Below, one piece after another: positions 44,046 through 55,930 of a DNA stretch of 64,000 bases. A program made the position numbers and the translations under genes. This stretch comes from Gammaproteobacteria bacterium (GTDB lineage Bacteria > Pseudomonadota > Gammaproteobacteria > Natronospirales > REEB76): NCBI GenBank assembly GCA_035279405.1, contig DATEHU010000026.1, positions 386,147-450,146 of the forward strand, in the 5' to 3' direction. The notes under the pieces are model-generated. The model made no database searches and was not told where the DNA came from. It saw only the letters and a program-made list of their open reading frames with translations. The first letter of the stretch is position 1. Each line of letters begins with the position of its first letter.

Positions 44046-44059
44046 CCCGGCAGCCGCGA

Positions 44060-44088
44060 AATATATAGGTTTAAGCGCCTTTTTTCAA
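44060..44088 (-). promoter_or_regulatory. candidate sigma70 promoter for the initiator tRNA / rimP-nusA-infB operon
   Basis: Minus strand: TTGAAA, a 17-nt spacer, then TATATT. The -10 element ends 14 nt upstream of the mature tRNA 5' end. Confidence 0.45.
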
Positions 44089-44171
44089 GCCAAACCGGGG
44101 CTTGAACCGCTCATTTCGTGCTCATTCTTGCGTGCTGGCGCCGGCCGTTCATGGCCGCAGCACACCCGGAG

Positions 44172-45614
44172 TCAGAACGTAATCACGTGGGCGCAGAGCG
44201 CCATGAGCGGCCCCGGCAGAATGCCGAGCGCCAGCACGGCGATGCCATTCGCGGACAGCAGCCAGCGCATCTCCAGCGGGCAGCGGATCGGCTTGGCGTC
44301 CTCGGGGGGCTTGTCGAAGTACATGAGCTTGATGACTTTGAGGTAATACCAGGCGCTGATCACCGCGAACACCACCGCCACCACCGCCAGCCACACCATG
44401 TGCACGTCAATCACCGCGCGCAGCACGTAGAGCTTGGCGAAGAATCCCACGAACGGCGGTACACCCGCCATGCCGAACATCACGAACATCATCATCCATG
44501 CGAACCACGGGCTGCGGTCGTTCAGGCCGCGGAAATCCTCGAGCCGGTCGGCTTCGAAGCCCTTGCGCGCCAGCAGGATGATCATGCCGAAGGCCGCCGC
44601 TGCCATGATCACGTAGGTAATCACGTAGAACATGGCTGCACGGTAGCCTTCGGTTGTGCCCGCGAGTATCCCGAGCAGGATGAAGCCCACATGCGACACG
44701 TTCGAATAGGCCAGCATGCGCTTGAGATTGGACTGCATCAGCGCCACGATGCTGCCCACGCCCATGGAAAGCACCGCCAGCACCGTGAGGATCAGATGCC
44801 ATTCGAGTTTCAGCCCTCCCAAGCCCTCAACCAGCAGGCGGATGAACAGCGCAAAGATCGCGATCTTGGGCAACGCGCCCACATACAGCGTTACCGGCGT
44901 GATCGCGCCTTCGTAAACGTCCGGCAGCCACATGTGAAACGGCACGGCTTCGAGTTCAAAACACAGGCCCACGATCACGAAGCCGAGTGACAGCATGATG
45001 CCGATATTCACCAGCGAGGATTCCGCGATGTGCATGCCGAGCGCCGTGAGATCCAGCGTGCCCGAGGCGCCGTACAGCAGCGAGAACCCGTAGAGCAGCG
45101 TGCCCGAGGCGATGGCGCCCAGCACGAAGTACTTGATGGCCGCCTCCGAGCCGATCGGCGAATCGCGGTCCATCGCCACCATGGCGAACAGGCACAGCGC
45201 CAGCAGTTCCAGCCCCAGGTAGATGGTGATGAAATTGTGCGCAGAAATGATCACCATCATGCCAAGCATGCCGAACAGGCCGAGCACGTAGAATTCGCCC
45301 TTGAACAGACTGCGGTCGCGCAGGTAGCCGCGCGAGTACACGAACGTGACCGCCACCATCAGGTACACGAACAGCTTGAGCACGTTGCCCATACGGTCGT
45401 TCACGAACATGTCGTGGAAAGTCAGCAGCGGCGCATTGGCGGCTACCGCGAACGTCAGCCACGCGGTCGCGACCACGGTGGCGATCGACAGCCAATGGGT
45501 GATATCGCGCCACCGGTCATTGAGGAACACGTCCACGACCAGGATGAAGCACGCCATGCCGGCCACGAAGATCTCCGGCACGATGGGGGCGAATGAAGGC
45601 AACGTGGACATCAT
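44172..45614 (-). CDS. nuoN: NADH-quinone oxidoreductase subunit N
   Basis: 480 aa, about 14 TM helices, antiporter-like subunit. Last gene of the nuo operon. Confidence 0.93.
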   Translation of the reverse strand: MMSTLPSFAPIVPEIFVAGMACFILVVDVFLNDRWRDITHWLSIATVVATAWLTFAVAANAPLLTFHDMFVNDRMGNVLKLFVYLMVAVTFVYSRGYLRDRSLFKGEFYVLGLFGMLGMMVIISAHNFITIYLGLELLALCLFAMVAMDRDSPIGSEAAIKYFVLGAIASGTLLYGFSLLYGASGTLDLTALGMHIAESSLVNIGIMLSLGFVIVGLCFELEAVPFHMWLPDVYEGAITPVTLYVGALPKIAIFALFIRLLVEGLGGLKLEWHLILTVLAVLSMGVGSIVALMQSNLKRMLAYSNVSHVGFILLGILAGTTEGYRAAMFYVITYVIMAAAAFGMIILLARKGFEADRLEDFRGLNDRSPWFAWMMMFVMFGMAGVPPFVGFFAKLYVLRAVIDVHMVWLAVVAVVFAVISAWYYLKVIKLMYFDKPPEDAKPIRCPLEMRWLLSANGIAVLALGILPGPLMALCAHVITF

Positions 45615-45627
45615 GCTTTGCCAGCCC

Positions 45628-47142
45628 TTAGAGTTTCGAGATCGTGGCCTGGTGGATCAGGTTGGTCACCGAGACGTGCATGACGTTGAGCAAGGGCTCG
45701 GGATACACGCCCAACCAGATCACCGCCACTGCCAGCAGGCCCAGCACCACGAATTCGCGCTTGTTCAGGTCCTGCATCTTCGCCACGTGCTCGTTGCCCA
45801 CCGGCCCGAACAGCACGCGCTTGATGAGCCACAGGGTGAAGGCCGCGGCCAGGAACAGCGTAAAGGCCGCGCCGAATGCAATCCAGAAATTCGCATGCAT
45901 GGCGGCCAGGATCACCATCCATTCGCCGACGAAACCCGAGGTTCCCGGCAGCGCCACATTGGCCATGGCGAACAGCACGAAGAAGAAGGCAAACGCCGGC
46001 ATGAGATTGATTACGCCGCCGTAGGCGCTGATTTCGCGCGTGTGCAGGCGGTCGTACATCACGCCGATGCACAGGAACATCGCGCCGGAGACGAAGCCGT
46101 GCGAGATCACCTGCACCATGCCGCCTTCCATGCCCATGGCGGCGGCGTCCTGATTCGCAGTGCGCGCGAGGATGAGGAAGATGATGAAGAACCCGAGCGT
46201 GCAGAAACCCATGTGCGCGACCGAGGAATACGCGACCAGCTTCTTCATGTCGGTCTGCACGATGCTCACAAAGCCGATGTAGATGATCGCGACCAGCGAC
46301 AACCCGATCATCAGCCACATGAGTGCATGACTGGCATTGGGCGCGATCGGCAGGCTGAAACGCAGGAAGCCGTAGGTACCCATCTTCAGCAGGATCGCAG
46401 CCAGGATCACCGAGCCGCCGGTGGGCGCTTCCACGTGCGCCGCCGGCAGCCAGGTGTGCACCGGCCACATCGGCACCTTGACGCCGAAGGCCACGAGGAA
46501 CGCAATGAAAATCAGTACCTGCGCGGTCATGCCGAGCGGCATCTGCTGGAAGGCCGCGATGCTGAAGCTGCCCGCCTGCAGGTACAGATAGATGATCGCG
46601 ACCAGCATCAGCACTGAGCCGAAAAATGTGTAGAGAAAGAACTTGAGCGTGGCATAGATGCGCCGCGGCCCACCCCAGATGCCGATGATGATGAACATCG
46701 GGATGAGCATGCCTTCCCACAGCACGTAGAACAGCAGCGCGTCCATGGCCGCGAACACGCCGTTCATCAGCCCCGCCATGATCAGGAACGAGGCCATGTA
46801 TTGCGCGAGCTTGTAGTGGATGACTTCCCAGCCCGCGATCACCACCAGCACGGTCATGAAATTGGTGAGCAGGATCAGCGGCATGGAGATGCCGTCCACG
46901 CCCAGGCTGTAGTGGACGTTGAAGGCGCCGATCCAGTTGGCGCTCTCCACGAACTGCATGGCCGCGGTGTGGGTGTTGAACTCGCTCCACAGCGGAATGC
47001 TCATGGCGAACACCACCACCGAGAACAGCAGCGCCAGCCAGCGCACCGACGCCGGCCACACGCGCCCGGCCAGCAGCACCACGCAGCCACCGATGATCGG
47101 CAGCCACAACATGGCACTCAGGATGGGAAAATGCGCGGGCAT
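45628..47142 (-). CDS. nuoM: NADH-quinone oxidoreductase subunit M
   Basis: 504 aa antiporter-like subunit (FGVKVPMWPVHTWLPAAHVEAPTGGSVILA). Confidence 0.95.
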   Translation of the reverse strand: MPAHFPILSAMLWLPIIGGCVVLLAGRVWPASVRWLALLFSVVVFAMSIPLWSEFNTHTAAMQFVESANWIGAFNVHYSLGVDGISMPLILLTNFMTVLVVIAGWEVIHYKLAQYMASFLIMAGLMNGVFAAMDALLFYVLWEGMLIPMFIIIGIWGGPRRIYATLKFFLYTFFGSVLMLVAIIYLYLQAGSFSIAAFQQMPLGMTAQVLIFIAFLVAFGVKVPMWPVHTWLPAAHVEAPTGGSVILAAILLKMGTYGFLRFSLPIAPNASHALMWLMIGLSLVAIIYIGFVSIVQTDMKKLVAYSSVAHMGFCTLGFFIIFLILARTANQDAAAMGMEGGMVQVISHGFVSGAMFLCIGVMYDRLHTREISAYGGVINLMPAFAFFFVLFAMANVALPGTSGFVGEWMVILAAMHANFWIAFGAAFTLFLAAAFTLWLIKRVLFGPVGNEHVAKMQDLNKREFVVLGLLAVAVIWLGVYPEPLLNVMHVSVTNLIHQATISKL

Positions 47143-47158
47143 CGGCTATTCCTTGTTA

Positions 47159-49168
47159 TCAGCGCAGCAACAGCCAGCCCAGCAGCACGCACAGGCCGAT
47201 GATCATCACGAACGCGTAGTGATACAGATACCCCGTCTGGCCGCGGCGCAGGACGCGCGAGAACCAGCCCACGGCCTTGGCGCTGCCGTCCACGAGCACG
47301 CCGTCAATCACCGCGCCGTCACCGCCGATCCACAGCCAGCGGCCAAGCATGCGCGAGCCCGCCTCGACGAACAACGCGTAGGCCTCGTCGAAATAGAACT
47401 TGTGCACCAGCAACTGGTAAAGCGGATTGAATGCTTTGGCCAGCACCGCCGGCCAGGCCGGCTTGTAGATATAGAAAATCCAGGCTACCACCAGCCCAGC
47501 GATTGCCAGCCACAATGTAGGCGTCGCCACGCTCGCCGCCACCATGGCGCCGGCGCCGTGAAATTCCTCCGCCAGCTTCTGCATTACGTGGTGCTCGGGC
47601 GCCACGTAAATCGAGCTGCCGAAGAAGCCGCCGTACAGCAGCGGCTTGATCGTCAGCCAGCCGATGACCACCGAGGCGATGCCGAGCAGCATGAGCGGCA
47701 CGGTCACCACCCAAGGCGACTCGCGCGGCGCGTGCGGCAGATGCCCGGGCGCCAACTCCTCGTGGCCGCCGTGGCCGGCGCCCTGCTCGACCACGAAGCG
47801 CTCCTTGCCGTGGAAGGTCATGAACACGCAGCGGAAGGTGTACAGGCCGGTGACGAAGGCGCCGAGCAGCACGCACCAATAGGCGAACACCGCGCCGCTG
47901 CGCTGCGAGTCATGCACCGCGTCAATGATGGAGTCCTTGGAAAAGAACCCGGCAAATCCCGGGAATGCGATGAGCGCCAGCGAACCCGCGAGAAAGGTGA
48001 AATACGTGATCGGCATGTACTTGCGCAGACCGCCCATGTTGCGCATGTCCTGGTCGTGGTGCATGGCCATGATCACCGAGCCGGAGCCGAGAAACAGCAG
48101 CGCCTTGAAGAAGGCATGCGTCATCAAGTGGAAAATGCCGGCCGCATAGGCCGACGCACCGAGTGCGGCCGCCATGTAGCCCAGTTGTGAAATGGTGGAA
48201 TACGCGATCACGCGCTTGATGTCGTTCTGCACGATGCCCACGAGCCCGAGGAAGAACGCCGTGATCGCGCCGACGATCATCACCGCCGAGAGCGCGGTGT
48301 CGGAAAGCTCGAACAGCGGTGACAGGCGTGCCACCATGAAGATGCCGGCGGTCACCATGGTGGCAGCGTGGATCAGGGCGGAAATCGGCGTCGGGCCCTC
48401 CATGGAGTCCGGCAACCACACATGCAGCGGCACCTGCGCGGATTTTCCCACCGCGCCCACGAACAGCAGGATGCAGATCACCGTCGGCACCGACCAGACC
48501 AGGCCGGAGAACAGTTCGATGTGCTGGCCGGCGAGCGCGGGGGCGTGCGCGAACACCTGGCTGTAATCCAGACTGCCGGAAGAGCTGAGCACCAGCGCGA
48601 TGCCGAGGATGAAGCCGAAATCGCCCACGCGATTCACGATGAAGGCCTTGAGGCCGGCGCGAATCGCCGTGGGGCGCGTGTACCAGAAGCCGATCAGCAG
48701 GTAGGACACCAGGCCGACCAGCTCCCAGCCGATGAACAGCTGCAGGAAGTTGTTGGCCATCACCAGTATCAGCATGGAAAACGTGAACAGCGAGATGTAA
48801 CTGAAGAACCTCTTGTAGCCAGGGTCCTCCGCCATGTAGCCGATGGTGTAGATGTGCACCATCAATGACACGAAGCTCACCACCGTCATCATGAGCGCGC
48901 TCAGCCGGTCAATCATGAAGCCGATGCTGAAATGGATATTGCCGATGCTGCCCCAATCGTAGAGATTGATGTCGTAGCTGCCCAGGCCCGCGAACACCAT
49001 CTGCCACAGCACCCAGGCGGACAGCGCGGTGGACAGCGCCACGGCAAGAATGGTGAGTACGTGTGCGCTCCAGCGCAGGATGAAACGCATGCCACAGCCC
49101 ACAATGACCGCGGCGGTCAGCGGAGCCAGCACGATGGCGACAAGCATCATGGGCAGGAATGCGCTCAT
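47159..49168 (-). CDS. nuoL: NADH-quinone oxidoreductase subunit L
   Basis: 669 aa (GKSAQVPLHVWLPDSMEGPTPISALIHAATMVTAG) with a long C-terminal amphipathic extension. Confidence 0.95.
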   Translation of the reverse strand: MSAFLPMMLVAIVLAPLTAAVIVGCGMRFILRWSAHVLTILAVALSTALSAWVLWQMVFAGLGSYDINLYDWGSIGNIHFSIGFMIDRLSALMMTVVSFVSLMVHIYTIGYMAEDPGYKRFFSYISLFTFSMLILVMANNFLQLFIGWELVGLVSYLLIGFWYTRPTAIRAGLKAFIVNRVGDFGFILGIALVLSSSGSLDYSQVFAHAPALAGQHIELFSGLVWSVPTVICILLFVGAVGKSAQVPLHVWLPDSMEGPTPISALIHAATMVTAGIFMVARLSPLFELSDTALSAVMIVGAITAFFLGLVGIVQNDIKRVIAYSTISQLGYMAAALGASAYAAGIFHLMTHAFFKALLFLGSGSVIMAMHHDQDMRNMGGLRKYMPITYFTFLAGSLALIAFPGFAGFFSKDSIIDAVHDSQRSGAVFAYWCVLLGAFVTGLYTFRCVFMTFHGKERFVVEQGAGHGGHEELAPGHLPHAPRESPWVVTVPLMLLGIASVVIGWLTIKPLLYGGFFGSSIYVAPEHHVMQKLAEEFHGAGAMVAASVATPTLWLAIAGLVVAWIFYIYKPAWPAVLAKAFNPLYQLLVHKFYFDEAYALFVEAGSRMLGRWLWIGGDGAVIDGVLVDGSAKAVGWFSRVLRRGQTGYLYHYAFVMIIGLCVLLGWLLLR

Positions 49169-49169
49169 G

Positions 49170-49475
49170 TCAGTGTTTCAGGCTGTCAATGTCGTCGACG
49201 TTGATGCTGCTGCGGTTGCGGAACACCACCACCACGATGGCCAGGCCGATGGAAGCTTCCGCGGCCGCCACCGTGAGGATGAAAAACACGAATACCTGGC
49301 CGGAAATGTCGTTCAGGTAGCGTGAGAATGCGATGAAATTAAAATTCGCGGCCAGCAGCAGCAGCTCCACGCACATCAGCAGCAGGATCACGTTCTTGCG
49401 GTTGAGGAAAATACCCGCCAAGCCGATGGCGAACAGCGCGCCGCTCAGGGCGAGAAAGTCGAACAGCGTGATCAC
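49170..49475 (-). CDS. nuoK: NADH-quinone oxidoreductase subunit K
   Basis: 101 aa, 3 TM helices, with [20 protein letters not shown] and [13 protein letters not shown]. Confidence 0.93.
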   Translation of the reverse strand: MITLFDFLALSGALFAIGLAGIFLNRKNVILLLMCVELLLLAANFNFIAFSRYLNDISGQVFVFFILTVAAAEASIGLAIVVVVFRNRSSINVDDIDSLKH

Positions 49476-50089
49476 GGGTTCTTCTCCGGGGTGCGGGGCT
49501 CAGACGGCATCTTCACGATGCGCAGGCGTCCGTGTTTGGCGCTGACCCGCACTTGTTTGGAGATGTTCTGGTGGCGCACACCCGGTCGCCGGCGCAAGGT
49601 AAGCATGATGGCCGCGACGATACCGACCAACAGCACCACGGCGGCAAGCTCGAACGGGAAGGCGTAGGCGGTGTAAATCGTCTCGCCCAGGGCACGCGTG
49701 TTACTGAAGTCGGCAGCATGCGGCAAGGGCGTGCCGAAGCTCACCCCCAGCTCGCGGCTGTACACCACGTAGCCGATTTCGGCGAACACGATCAGCGCCA
49801 CCACCACGCCGAGCGGCGCATAGCGCACCAATCCGTGGCGCAGCGACTGGCTATCGGTATCCAGCATCATCACGATGAACAGGAACAGCACCATCACCGC
49901 GCCCACGTACACCAGCACCAGCACCAGCGCCAGGAACTCGGCGTGCAGCAGCAACCACAGGCCGGCGCTGGCCACGAAGGTCATGACCAGAAACAGCGCC
50001 GCATGCACCGTGTGGCGCGCGGTAATTACGCCCAGCGCTGACCCGATGGTCAGCGCTGCGAGCACGATAAATACGATTTGCTGGATCAA
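49472..50089 (-). CDS. nuoJ: NADH-quinone oxidoreductase subunit J
   Basis: 205 aa with [28 protein letters not shown]. Operon position supports the call. Confidence 0.9.
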   Translation of the reverse strand: MIQQIVFIVLAALTIGSALGVITARHTVHAALFLVMTFVASAGLWLLLHAEFLALVLVLVYVGAVMVLFLFIVMMLDTDSQSLRHGLVRYAPLGVVVALIVFAEIGYVVYSRELGVSFGTPLPHAADFSNTRALGETIYTAYAFPFELAAVVLLVGIVAAIMLTLRRRPGVRHQNISKQVRVSAKHGRLRIVKMPSEPRTPEKNP

Positions 50090-50100
50090 AGGTGCCTCGT

Positions 50101-50601
50101 TCAGCGGTAAGGGGCATCCGCGGCGCGATCCGCCGCGATCTGGGCCTCGTAGTTGTCACCCAAGGCCAGCATCATCTCCTTGGTATAGATCTGCTCACCG
50201 CGTTTCTCGAAATGAAAGTCCGTAACCGCGGTCAGCACGATGGAATCCACCGGGCAGGCCTCTTCGCACAGGCCGCAATAGATGCACTTGAAAAGATCAA
50301 TGTCGTAGCGCGTGGTGCGGCGCGTACCGTCCTCGCGCATCTCGGAATCAATGGTGATGGCGAGCGCCGGGCACACTGCTTCGCAGAGCTTGCAGGCAAT
50401 GCAGCGCTCCTCGCCGTTCGCATAGCGGCGCAGCGCATGCAGGCCGCGGTAGCGCGGAGATTTGGGCGTGTGCTCCTCGGGATAGCGCACCGTGAACTTG
50501 TGGGCGAAGAACAGCCGACCGGTCAGGGCCAGGCCCTCGAACAGCTCAACCAGCAGCAAACCCCGCACCCAACGCACTAGCGCATGCATGACGTCACGCA
50601 A
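50101..50601 (-). CDS. nuoI: NADH-quinone oxidoreductase subunit I
   Basis: Two 4Fe-4S ferredoxin motifs: [12 protein letters not shown] and [12 protein letters not shown]. Confidence 0.95.
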   Translation of the reverse strand: MRDVMHALVRWVRGLLLVELFEGLALTGRLFFAHKFTVRYPEEHTPKSPRYRGLHALRRYANGEERCIACKLCEAVCPALAITIDSEMREDGTRRTTRYDIDLFKCIYCGLCEEACPVDSIVLTAVTDFHFEKRGEQIYTKEMMLALGDNYEAQIAADRAADAPYR

Positions 50602-51667
50602 ACCACGGTGGAACCTTGAACACTACGGCAATGCTTTCCAGCACCAGCCACACGATGGTGATCGGTATGAACACCTTCCAGCCGAGCCGCATGATCTGGT
50701 CATAGCGGTAGCGCGGGAACGTGGCCCGGAACCACAGGAAGCAGTACAGAAAGAAACACACCTTGAGTGCGAACCAGATGAAGCTCGTGGCGGTGAGGAA
50801 TCCGAGCGGGCTCGCGGCCAGCGCCTGCCAGCCCTGAAACGGTGACAGCCAGCCGCCGCAAAACATCACGGTGGCGAGCGCCGACACCAGGATCATGTTG
50901 GCGTATTCGGCAAGAAAAAACGCCGCGAACGCGGTGCCGGAATACTCCACGTGAAATCCGGCCACGATCTCGGACTCGCCCTCGGCCACGTCGAACGGCA
51001 GGCGGTTGGTTTCGGCCACGCCCGAGATGAAATACACGAAGAACAGCGGCAGCAGCGGCCAGGCATACCAGTGCCCGATGTTGCCGCTCTGGCCCAGCAC
51101 GATTTCGTTTAGATTCAGGCTGCGGCCGGCGAGCAGCACGCCCACGAGCGCGAAACCCATGGCGATCTCGTAGGCCACCATCTGCGCGGCCGAACGCATG
51201 GCGCCCAGAAACGCGTAACGCGAGTTCGAGGCCCAGCCCGACAGGATGATGCCGTACACGCCGAAGGAACTCACCGCCAGCAGATACAGCAGCCCGGCGT
51301 TGGCGTTCGACAAAATCACGCCGTTGCTGAACGGAATCACCGCCCAGGCCACGAGTGCGGTGGTGATGGAGATGACCGGCGCCACGAGAAACAGAAAGCG
51401 GTTGGCGTTCGTGGGCAGCACCACTTCCTTGAACACCAGCTTGAAGACGTCGGCGAACGGCTGCAGCAGCCCCCATGGGCCCACGCGGTTGGGTCCCATG
51501 CGCACCTGCATGAAGCCGATGACGCGCCGCTCGGCGTACGTCATGTACGCCACCGCCAGCACCAGGCAGATGATGAGGATGATGATGAACACGATCGAAC
51601 GGATGGTGAGCTGCAGGTCGGGCGGCAGCGAATTCCAGTAACTCACCAGGCTGTGCAGCGTGCCCAT
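50594..51667 (-). CDS. nuoH: NADH-quinone oxidoreductase subunit H
   Basis: 357 aa with [29 protein letters not shown] and [21 protein letters not shown]. Confidence 0.95.
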   Translation of the reverse strand: MGTLHSLVSYWNSLPPDLQLTIRSIVFIIILIICLVLAVAYMTYAERRVIGFMQVRMGPNRVGPWGLLQPFADVFKLVFKEVVLPTNANRFLFLVAPVISITTALVAWAVIPFSNGVILSNANAGLLYLLAVSSFGVYGIILSGWASNSRYAFLGAMRSAAQMVAYEIAMGFALVGVLLAGRSLNLNEIVLGQSGNIGHWYAWPLLPLFFVYFISGVAETNRLPFDVAEGESEIVAGFHVEYSGTAFAAFFLAEYANMILVSALATVMFCGGWLSPFQGWQALAASPLGFLTATSFIWFALKVCFFLYCFLWFRATFPRYRYDQIMRLGWKVFIPITIVWLVLESIAVVFKVPPWFA

Positions 51668-54102
51668 CAGCCCTTCTCCACTGTCACGGCGGCGGTGAGC
51701 GGCGCAAACGCCGCGGTGACTGCGATGCCCGCGGGCCAGACCACTTCACCCGCCTGCACGCTTCTGTCCAGTTTCACCGGCAGTGAAACTGCGCTGCCGT
51801 TGTATTTGACCCTGGCTTGGCCGCCATCAACGAGTTTCAACCTTTCGGCATCCTCGGGAGACAGGCGCAACCATGCAGCATCGGCATCCCGCGTCTGCTG
51901 CAGCGGCCCGGCGCGGCGCACCAGCATGTCGGCCGCATACAACGGCACCTCGGCGAAACTTTGCAAGCCCGGACTTGTGGATTCCTGCGCGCTCACGATC
52001 CGGGAGCCACGAAAGCTGTTGTCCGGCTTGATCTCGCGGAGCTGCGCCTTGAGTTCGTCGCACACCTCTTCGGACGACTGATAGTCGAACCCATCCACCT
52101 GGCAGGCATTGCCCAGCACCCGCAGAATTTTCCACGCCGGCCGCGCTTCACCCAGCGGCTTGACCATGCCGGTGAAACTCTGCCAGCGGCCTTCGGCATT
52201 CACAAAAGTGCCCGAGGTTTCACCGAAGGTCGCGGCCGGCAGCAGCACCGAGGCATAACCCAGCATGCGTTCGGTCACATAGGGCGTGACGGATACGACC
52301 GCGCTCGCCGACTTGAACGCAGCCATGGCGTACGCGCCGTCCCAGCAATCGAGTTCAGGCTCCACGCCCATGAGCAGATACGCGCGGCGCGGCTGGGCGA
52401 ACATGCCTTTGGCATCCAGGCCCCGGATCGCGGCACTCTTCCCGCCCGGCAGACGATGCGGCACCGCGCCCGCGAGCCAGGCGCCCGCGCTGTTGGCGCC
52501 CTCGCTGATGTAACCAAGCTGCGCACCGGTGGCCTGCGCCAGGGCCGCGGCCAGTGCGCGCAGGTCCGCATAGTACGGATGCTGCAGCGCCAGATGTCCG
52601 AGCAGCACGGACTTGCGGCCATCCTCACGCAGCTTGGCCGCAATCGTTTTATGTATCTCGGTGGGTTTTTGCGCCTTGACAATATCCTGCAGATGCGTGG
52701 GCGCCGCTCCGCCCTGCAACGCAGCTTTCAGTATGGCCGCGAGATTCGCCGGCATGCCGCGCGTGCCGGCATTCACATACGCGGCCATCGGGAACAGGAA
52801 TTCATATTCGCGCGGATTGAGGAACATGACTTTGGCGCCGTGTGCGCCCGCCATCTGCTCGGTGTGCGCCATGAGCTGGTAGGTATAGCTGTCACTGCCC
52901 GCCTGGTTGCCGCGCATCGCCGCCATGCGCAGGCGATGCGCCAGCATCGGCGCCTCCTTGCGCGTATTGGAACCGATCACCAGCACCGCATCGAGCTGCG
53001 CCAGGTCTTCGAGCGACTGACCGAGCCACGGGAACAGCGGCTCGAACTCGTCGTCGCGGAAGTCCGCCTGCCGCAGGCGCGTATCCACACTGTGGATGCC
53101 GAGCGCGCGTACCAGTTTCTGCAGCAGGTACAGCTCTTCGAGCGTTGAATTCGGCGAGGCCAGCGCCGCGGCATCGCCGCGCACCGACTGCAGCGCCGTC
53201 GCGGCAGCCGTGAGCGCGGTTTGCCAGTCGGTCTCGCGCCACGCGCCGTCCTGCTTGATCCGCGGGCGCAGCAGGCGTTCCTGCGAATCAATCCCGGTGT
53301 AGCTGAAACGGTCGCGATCGGATATCCAGGCCTCGTTCACCGCTTCGTTGGCCCGCGACACCACGCGCATGACCTTGCCGCGCAGCACGTGACCGTAAAG
53401 ATTCGAGCCTACGCAATCGTGCGGCGAGACGCCCTCGATCTGGGTCATCTCCCAACCACGGCCGTGCATCTTGAAGGGCTTGGAATTGAGTGCGCCCACC
53501 GGACAGATGTCAATCACGTTGCCGGAGAGTTCGCTGTCCACGCTGCGCGCCACGTAGGTGCCCACCAGCGAGTGCTCGCCGCGCCCGGTATCGCCGAGTT
53601 CCTGGATGCCGCCGATTTCCTGCAGAAAGCGGATGCAGCGCGTGCAGTAAATGCAGCGCGTCATGAATGTCTGGATGAGCGGGCCGATATCGTTGTCCTT
53701 GACCGCGCGCTTGCGCTCGGAAAACCGCGCGATGTGGCGGCCGTAGCCCATGGAGAGATCCTGCAATTCGCACTCGCCGCCTTGGTCGCAGATCGGGCAG
53801 TCCAGCGGATGGTTGATGAGCAGGAACTCCATGGTGCCGCGCTGCGCGTCGAGGGCGCGCTGCGAGCGCGTGAGTACCTTCATGCCCTCGGCTACCGGCG
53901 TGGCGCAGGCCACCAGGGGCTTCGGCGCCTTCTCCACTTCCACCAGGCACATGCGGCAGTTCGCGGCTACCGAAAGTTTTTCGTGATAGCAGAAGCGCGG
54001 GATGTAAATACCCTCGCGATCCGCGGCGCAGATGATCATCTCACCCTTGTGCGCCTTGATCGGCTTGCCATCAATCTCGATGTTGACGAACGCTTCAGCC
54101 AT
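51667..54102 (-). CDS. nuoG: NADH-quinone oxidoreductase subunit G
   Basis: 811 aa with 2Fe-2[34 protein letters not shown], and a molybdopterin-like domain. Confidence 0.95.
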   Translation of the reverse strand: MAEAFVNIEIDGKPIKAHKGEMIICAADREGIYIPRFCYHEKLSVAANCRMCLVEVEKAPKPLVACATPVAEGMKVLTRSQRALDAQRGTMEFLLINHPLDCPICDQGGECELQDLSMGYGRHIARFSERKRAVKDNDIGPLIQTFMTRCIYCTRCIRFLQEIGGIQELGDTGRGEHSLVGTYVARSVDSELSGNVIDICPVGALNSKPFKMHGRGWEMTQIEGVSPHDCVGSNLYGHVLRGKVMRVVSRANEAVNEAWISDRDRFSYTGIDSQERLLRPRIKQDGAWRETDWQTALTAAATALQSVRGDAAALASPNSTLEELYLLQKLVRALGIHSVDTRLRQADFRDDEFEPLFPWLGQSLEDLAQLDAVLVIGSNTRKEAPMLAHRLRMAAMRGNQAGSDSYTYQLMAHTEQMAGAHGAKVMFLNPREYEFLFPMAAYVNAGTRGMPANLAAILKAALQGGAAPTHLQDIVKAQKPTEIHKTIAAKLREDGRKSVLLGHLALQHPYYADLRALAAALAQATGAQLGYISEGANSAGAWLAGAVPHRLPGGKSAAIRGLDAKGMFAQPRRAYLLMGVEPELDCWDGAYAMAAFKSASAVVSVTPYVTERMLGYASVLLPAATFGETSGTFVNAEGRWQSFTGMVKPLGEARPAWKILRVLGNACQVDGFDYQSSEEVCDELKAQLREIKPDNSFRGSRIVSAQESTSPGLQSFAEVPLYAADMLVRRAGPLQQTRDADAAWLRLSPEDAERLKLVDGGQARVKYNGSAVSLPVKLDRSVQAGEVVWPAGIAVTAAFAPLTAAVTVEKG

Positions 54103-54125
54103 GATTCAGCAGTCTCACTTCAATC

Positions 54126-55430
54126 TCAGGCGGCCTGGCGTTTGGCGCCGGGGCCGACCAGGCAGCAGCCGTGGTCAATGTGGTATTGGAATTCGTCGCG
54201 GAAATGGCGGATGAAACCCTGTACCGGCCAGGCCGCCGCATCGCCGAAAGCGCAAATCGTATGGCCCTCGATGTGTTTGGACACGTCCACCACCATGTCG
54301 AGGTCCTGCGGCCGGCCCTGGCCGTGCTCGATGCGCGAGATCACGCGGTGCATCCAGCCGGTGCCTTCGCGGCAGGGCGTGCATTGCCCGCAGGATTCGG
54401 AGTAAAAGAAACGCGAAATCACTTCCAGCGCGCGCACCATGCAGGTGTCCTCATCCATGACCACGATCGCGCCCGAACCGAGCATCGAGCCGGCCTTGCG
54501 CAGCGAGTCGAAATCCATGTCGCAGGCCAGCATGGTGTCGGCGGGCAACACCGGCGCCGAGACCCCACCCGGAATCACGGCTTTCAGGCGCTTGCCCTTC
54601 CACACGCCGCCGGCCAGGGCGAGTAATTCCCTGAACGGCGTCCCCATCGGCACTTCGAAATTGCCGGGTTTGTCCACGTGGCCGGTGACCGAGAAAATCT
54701 TGGTGCCGCTGTTGTTAGGCTTGCCGAAGGCGGCGAACCATTTGGCGCCGTTGAGCATGATGCTCGGCACCGAAGCGAAGGTCTCGGTGTTGTTGACCGT
54801 GGTCGGGCGACCGAACACGCCGAAGTTCGCGGGAAACGGCGGCTTGAACCGCGGCCAACCTTTCTTGCCTTCAAGCGAATCCAGGAGCGCGGTTTCCTCG
54901 CCGCAGATGTAGGCGCCCGCACCGAGGTGCGAGTGGATATCCACGCGCACGCCGGATTTCAGAATGTTCTCGCCCAGCAATCCCTGCTCATAGGCTTCCT
55001 TGAGCGCCTGCTCGAAGCGCCGGTAGGGCTCGTCCGAAAATTCGCCGCGCATGTAGTTATATCCAACCTCGGCGCGCATGGCGTAGCACCCGATCGCCAT
55101 GCCTTCGACCACGGCATGCGGATTGAACCGCAGGATGTCGCGGTCCTTGCAGGTTCCGGGTTCGGATTCGTCGGAGTTGCACACCACGTAGGACGGACCG
55201 GTGGGCGTGCGCGGCATGAAGCTCCATTTCACGCCGGTGGGAAATCCCGCGCCGCCGCGCCCGCGCAGGCCCGAAGCCTTCACTTCTTCGACCACCTGTT
55301 CGGGCGGAATCTTGTCCTTGAGGATCTTCCGCCACGCCTTGTAGCCGCCCACTTTGAGATAGTTCTCGAACGTCCACGGCTGATCGAACTGCAGGGTGTT
55401 GTGGCAGACCTGATCCAGCGGAATGCTCAT
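54126..55430 (-). CDS. nuoF: NADH-quinone oxidoreductase subunit F
   Basis: Start trimmed to MSIPLDQ (M77 of the listed ORF), overlapping the nuoE stop. [10 protein letters not shown] (FMN/NADH site) and [12 protein letters not shown] (4Fe-4S). Confidence 0.95.
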   Translation of the reverse strand: MSIPLDQVCHNTLQFDQPWTFENYLKVGGYKAWRKILKDKIPPEQVVEEVKASGLRGRGGAGFPTGVKWSFMPRTPTGPSYVVCNSDESEPGTCKDRDILRFNPHAVVEGMAIGCYAMRAEVGYNYMRGEFSDEPYRRFEQALKEAYEQGLLGENILKSGVRVDIHSHLGAGAYICGEETALLDSLEGKKGWPRFKPPFPANFGVFGRPTTVNNTETFASVPSIMLNGAKWFAAFGKPNNSGTKIFSVTGHVDKPGNFEVPMGTPFRELLALAGGVWKGKRLKAVIPGGVSAPVLPADTMLACDMDFDSLRKAGSMLGSGAIVVMDEDTCMVRALEVISRFFYSESCGQCTPCREGTGWMHRVISRIEHGQGRPQDLDMVVDVSKHIEGHTICAFGDAAAWPVQGFIRHFRDEFQYHIDHGCCLVGPGAKRQAA

Positions 55431-55930
55431 TTCAGGCCCTCCAGGATCTTGTCCACCTTTTCCGGCGTGAGATTCTCGTAATACTTGTGATCCACCATCA
55501 TCATGGGCGCGCCGGCGCAAGCCGCCAGGCACTCCTCTTCGCGTTTCAGGTAACAGCGCCCGTCGGAGGTGCTCTCGCCGGTTTTCACGCCGAGCTTCTT
55601 TTCGATGTGCGCCACGATGTCGTCGGCACCGCGCAACATGCAGGATATATTGGTGCACACCGCGATGCTGTGCCGGCCCACGGGCTTGGTCTCGAAATTC
55701 GAGTAGAAGCTCGCGACCTCGTACACCATGATGGGCTGGAGCTTGAGATACGCGGCCACCGCATCCATCAGCTCCACGCTCAGATAGCCGCCGTTCTCGT
55801 GCTGCGCCTCGCGCAAGGCGACGAATACCGCGGAACGCAGGCGGCCGTCCGGGTATTTCTTAACGGCCTCGTCAGTCGCTTCACGCACGTGCTTCGACAG
55901 GCCCGCGGTTTTCACGGCGGTGGCGGTCAC
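55427..55930 (-). CDS. nuoE: NADH-quinone oxidoreductase subunit E
   Basis: GTG start in a GTGA overlap with the nuoD stop. 167 aa. 2Fe-2S ligands [10 protein letters not shown]...[10 protein letters not shown]. Confidence 0.9.
   Translation of the reverse strand: MTATAVKTAGLSKHVREATDEAVKKYPDGRLRSAVFVALREAQHENGGYLSVELMDAVAAYLKLQPIMVYEVASFYSNFETKPVGRHSIAVCTNISCMLRGADDIVAHIEKKLGVKTGESTSDGRCYLKREEECLAACAGAPMMMVDHKYYENLTPEKVDKILEGLK

Noticed and set aside
44086-44106. Hairpin TCAAGCC-N7-GGCTTGA downstream of nuoN, considered as the nuo terminator
   Set aside because: On the minus (nuo) strand the stem is followed by an A-run, not a T-run. It overlaps the -35 element of the proposed tRNA-fMet promoter instead.
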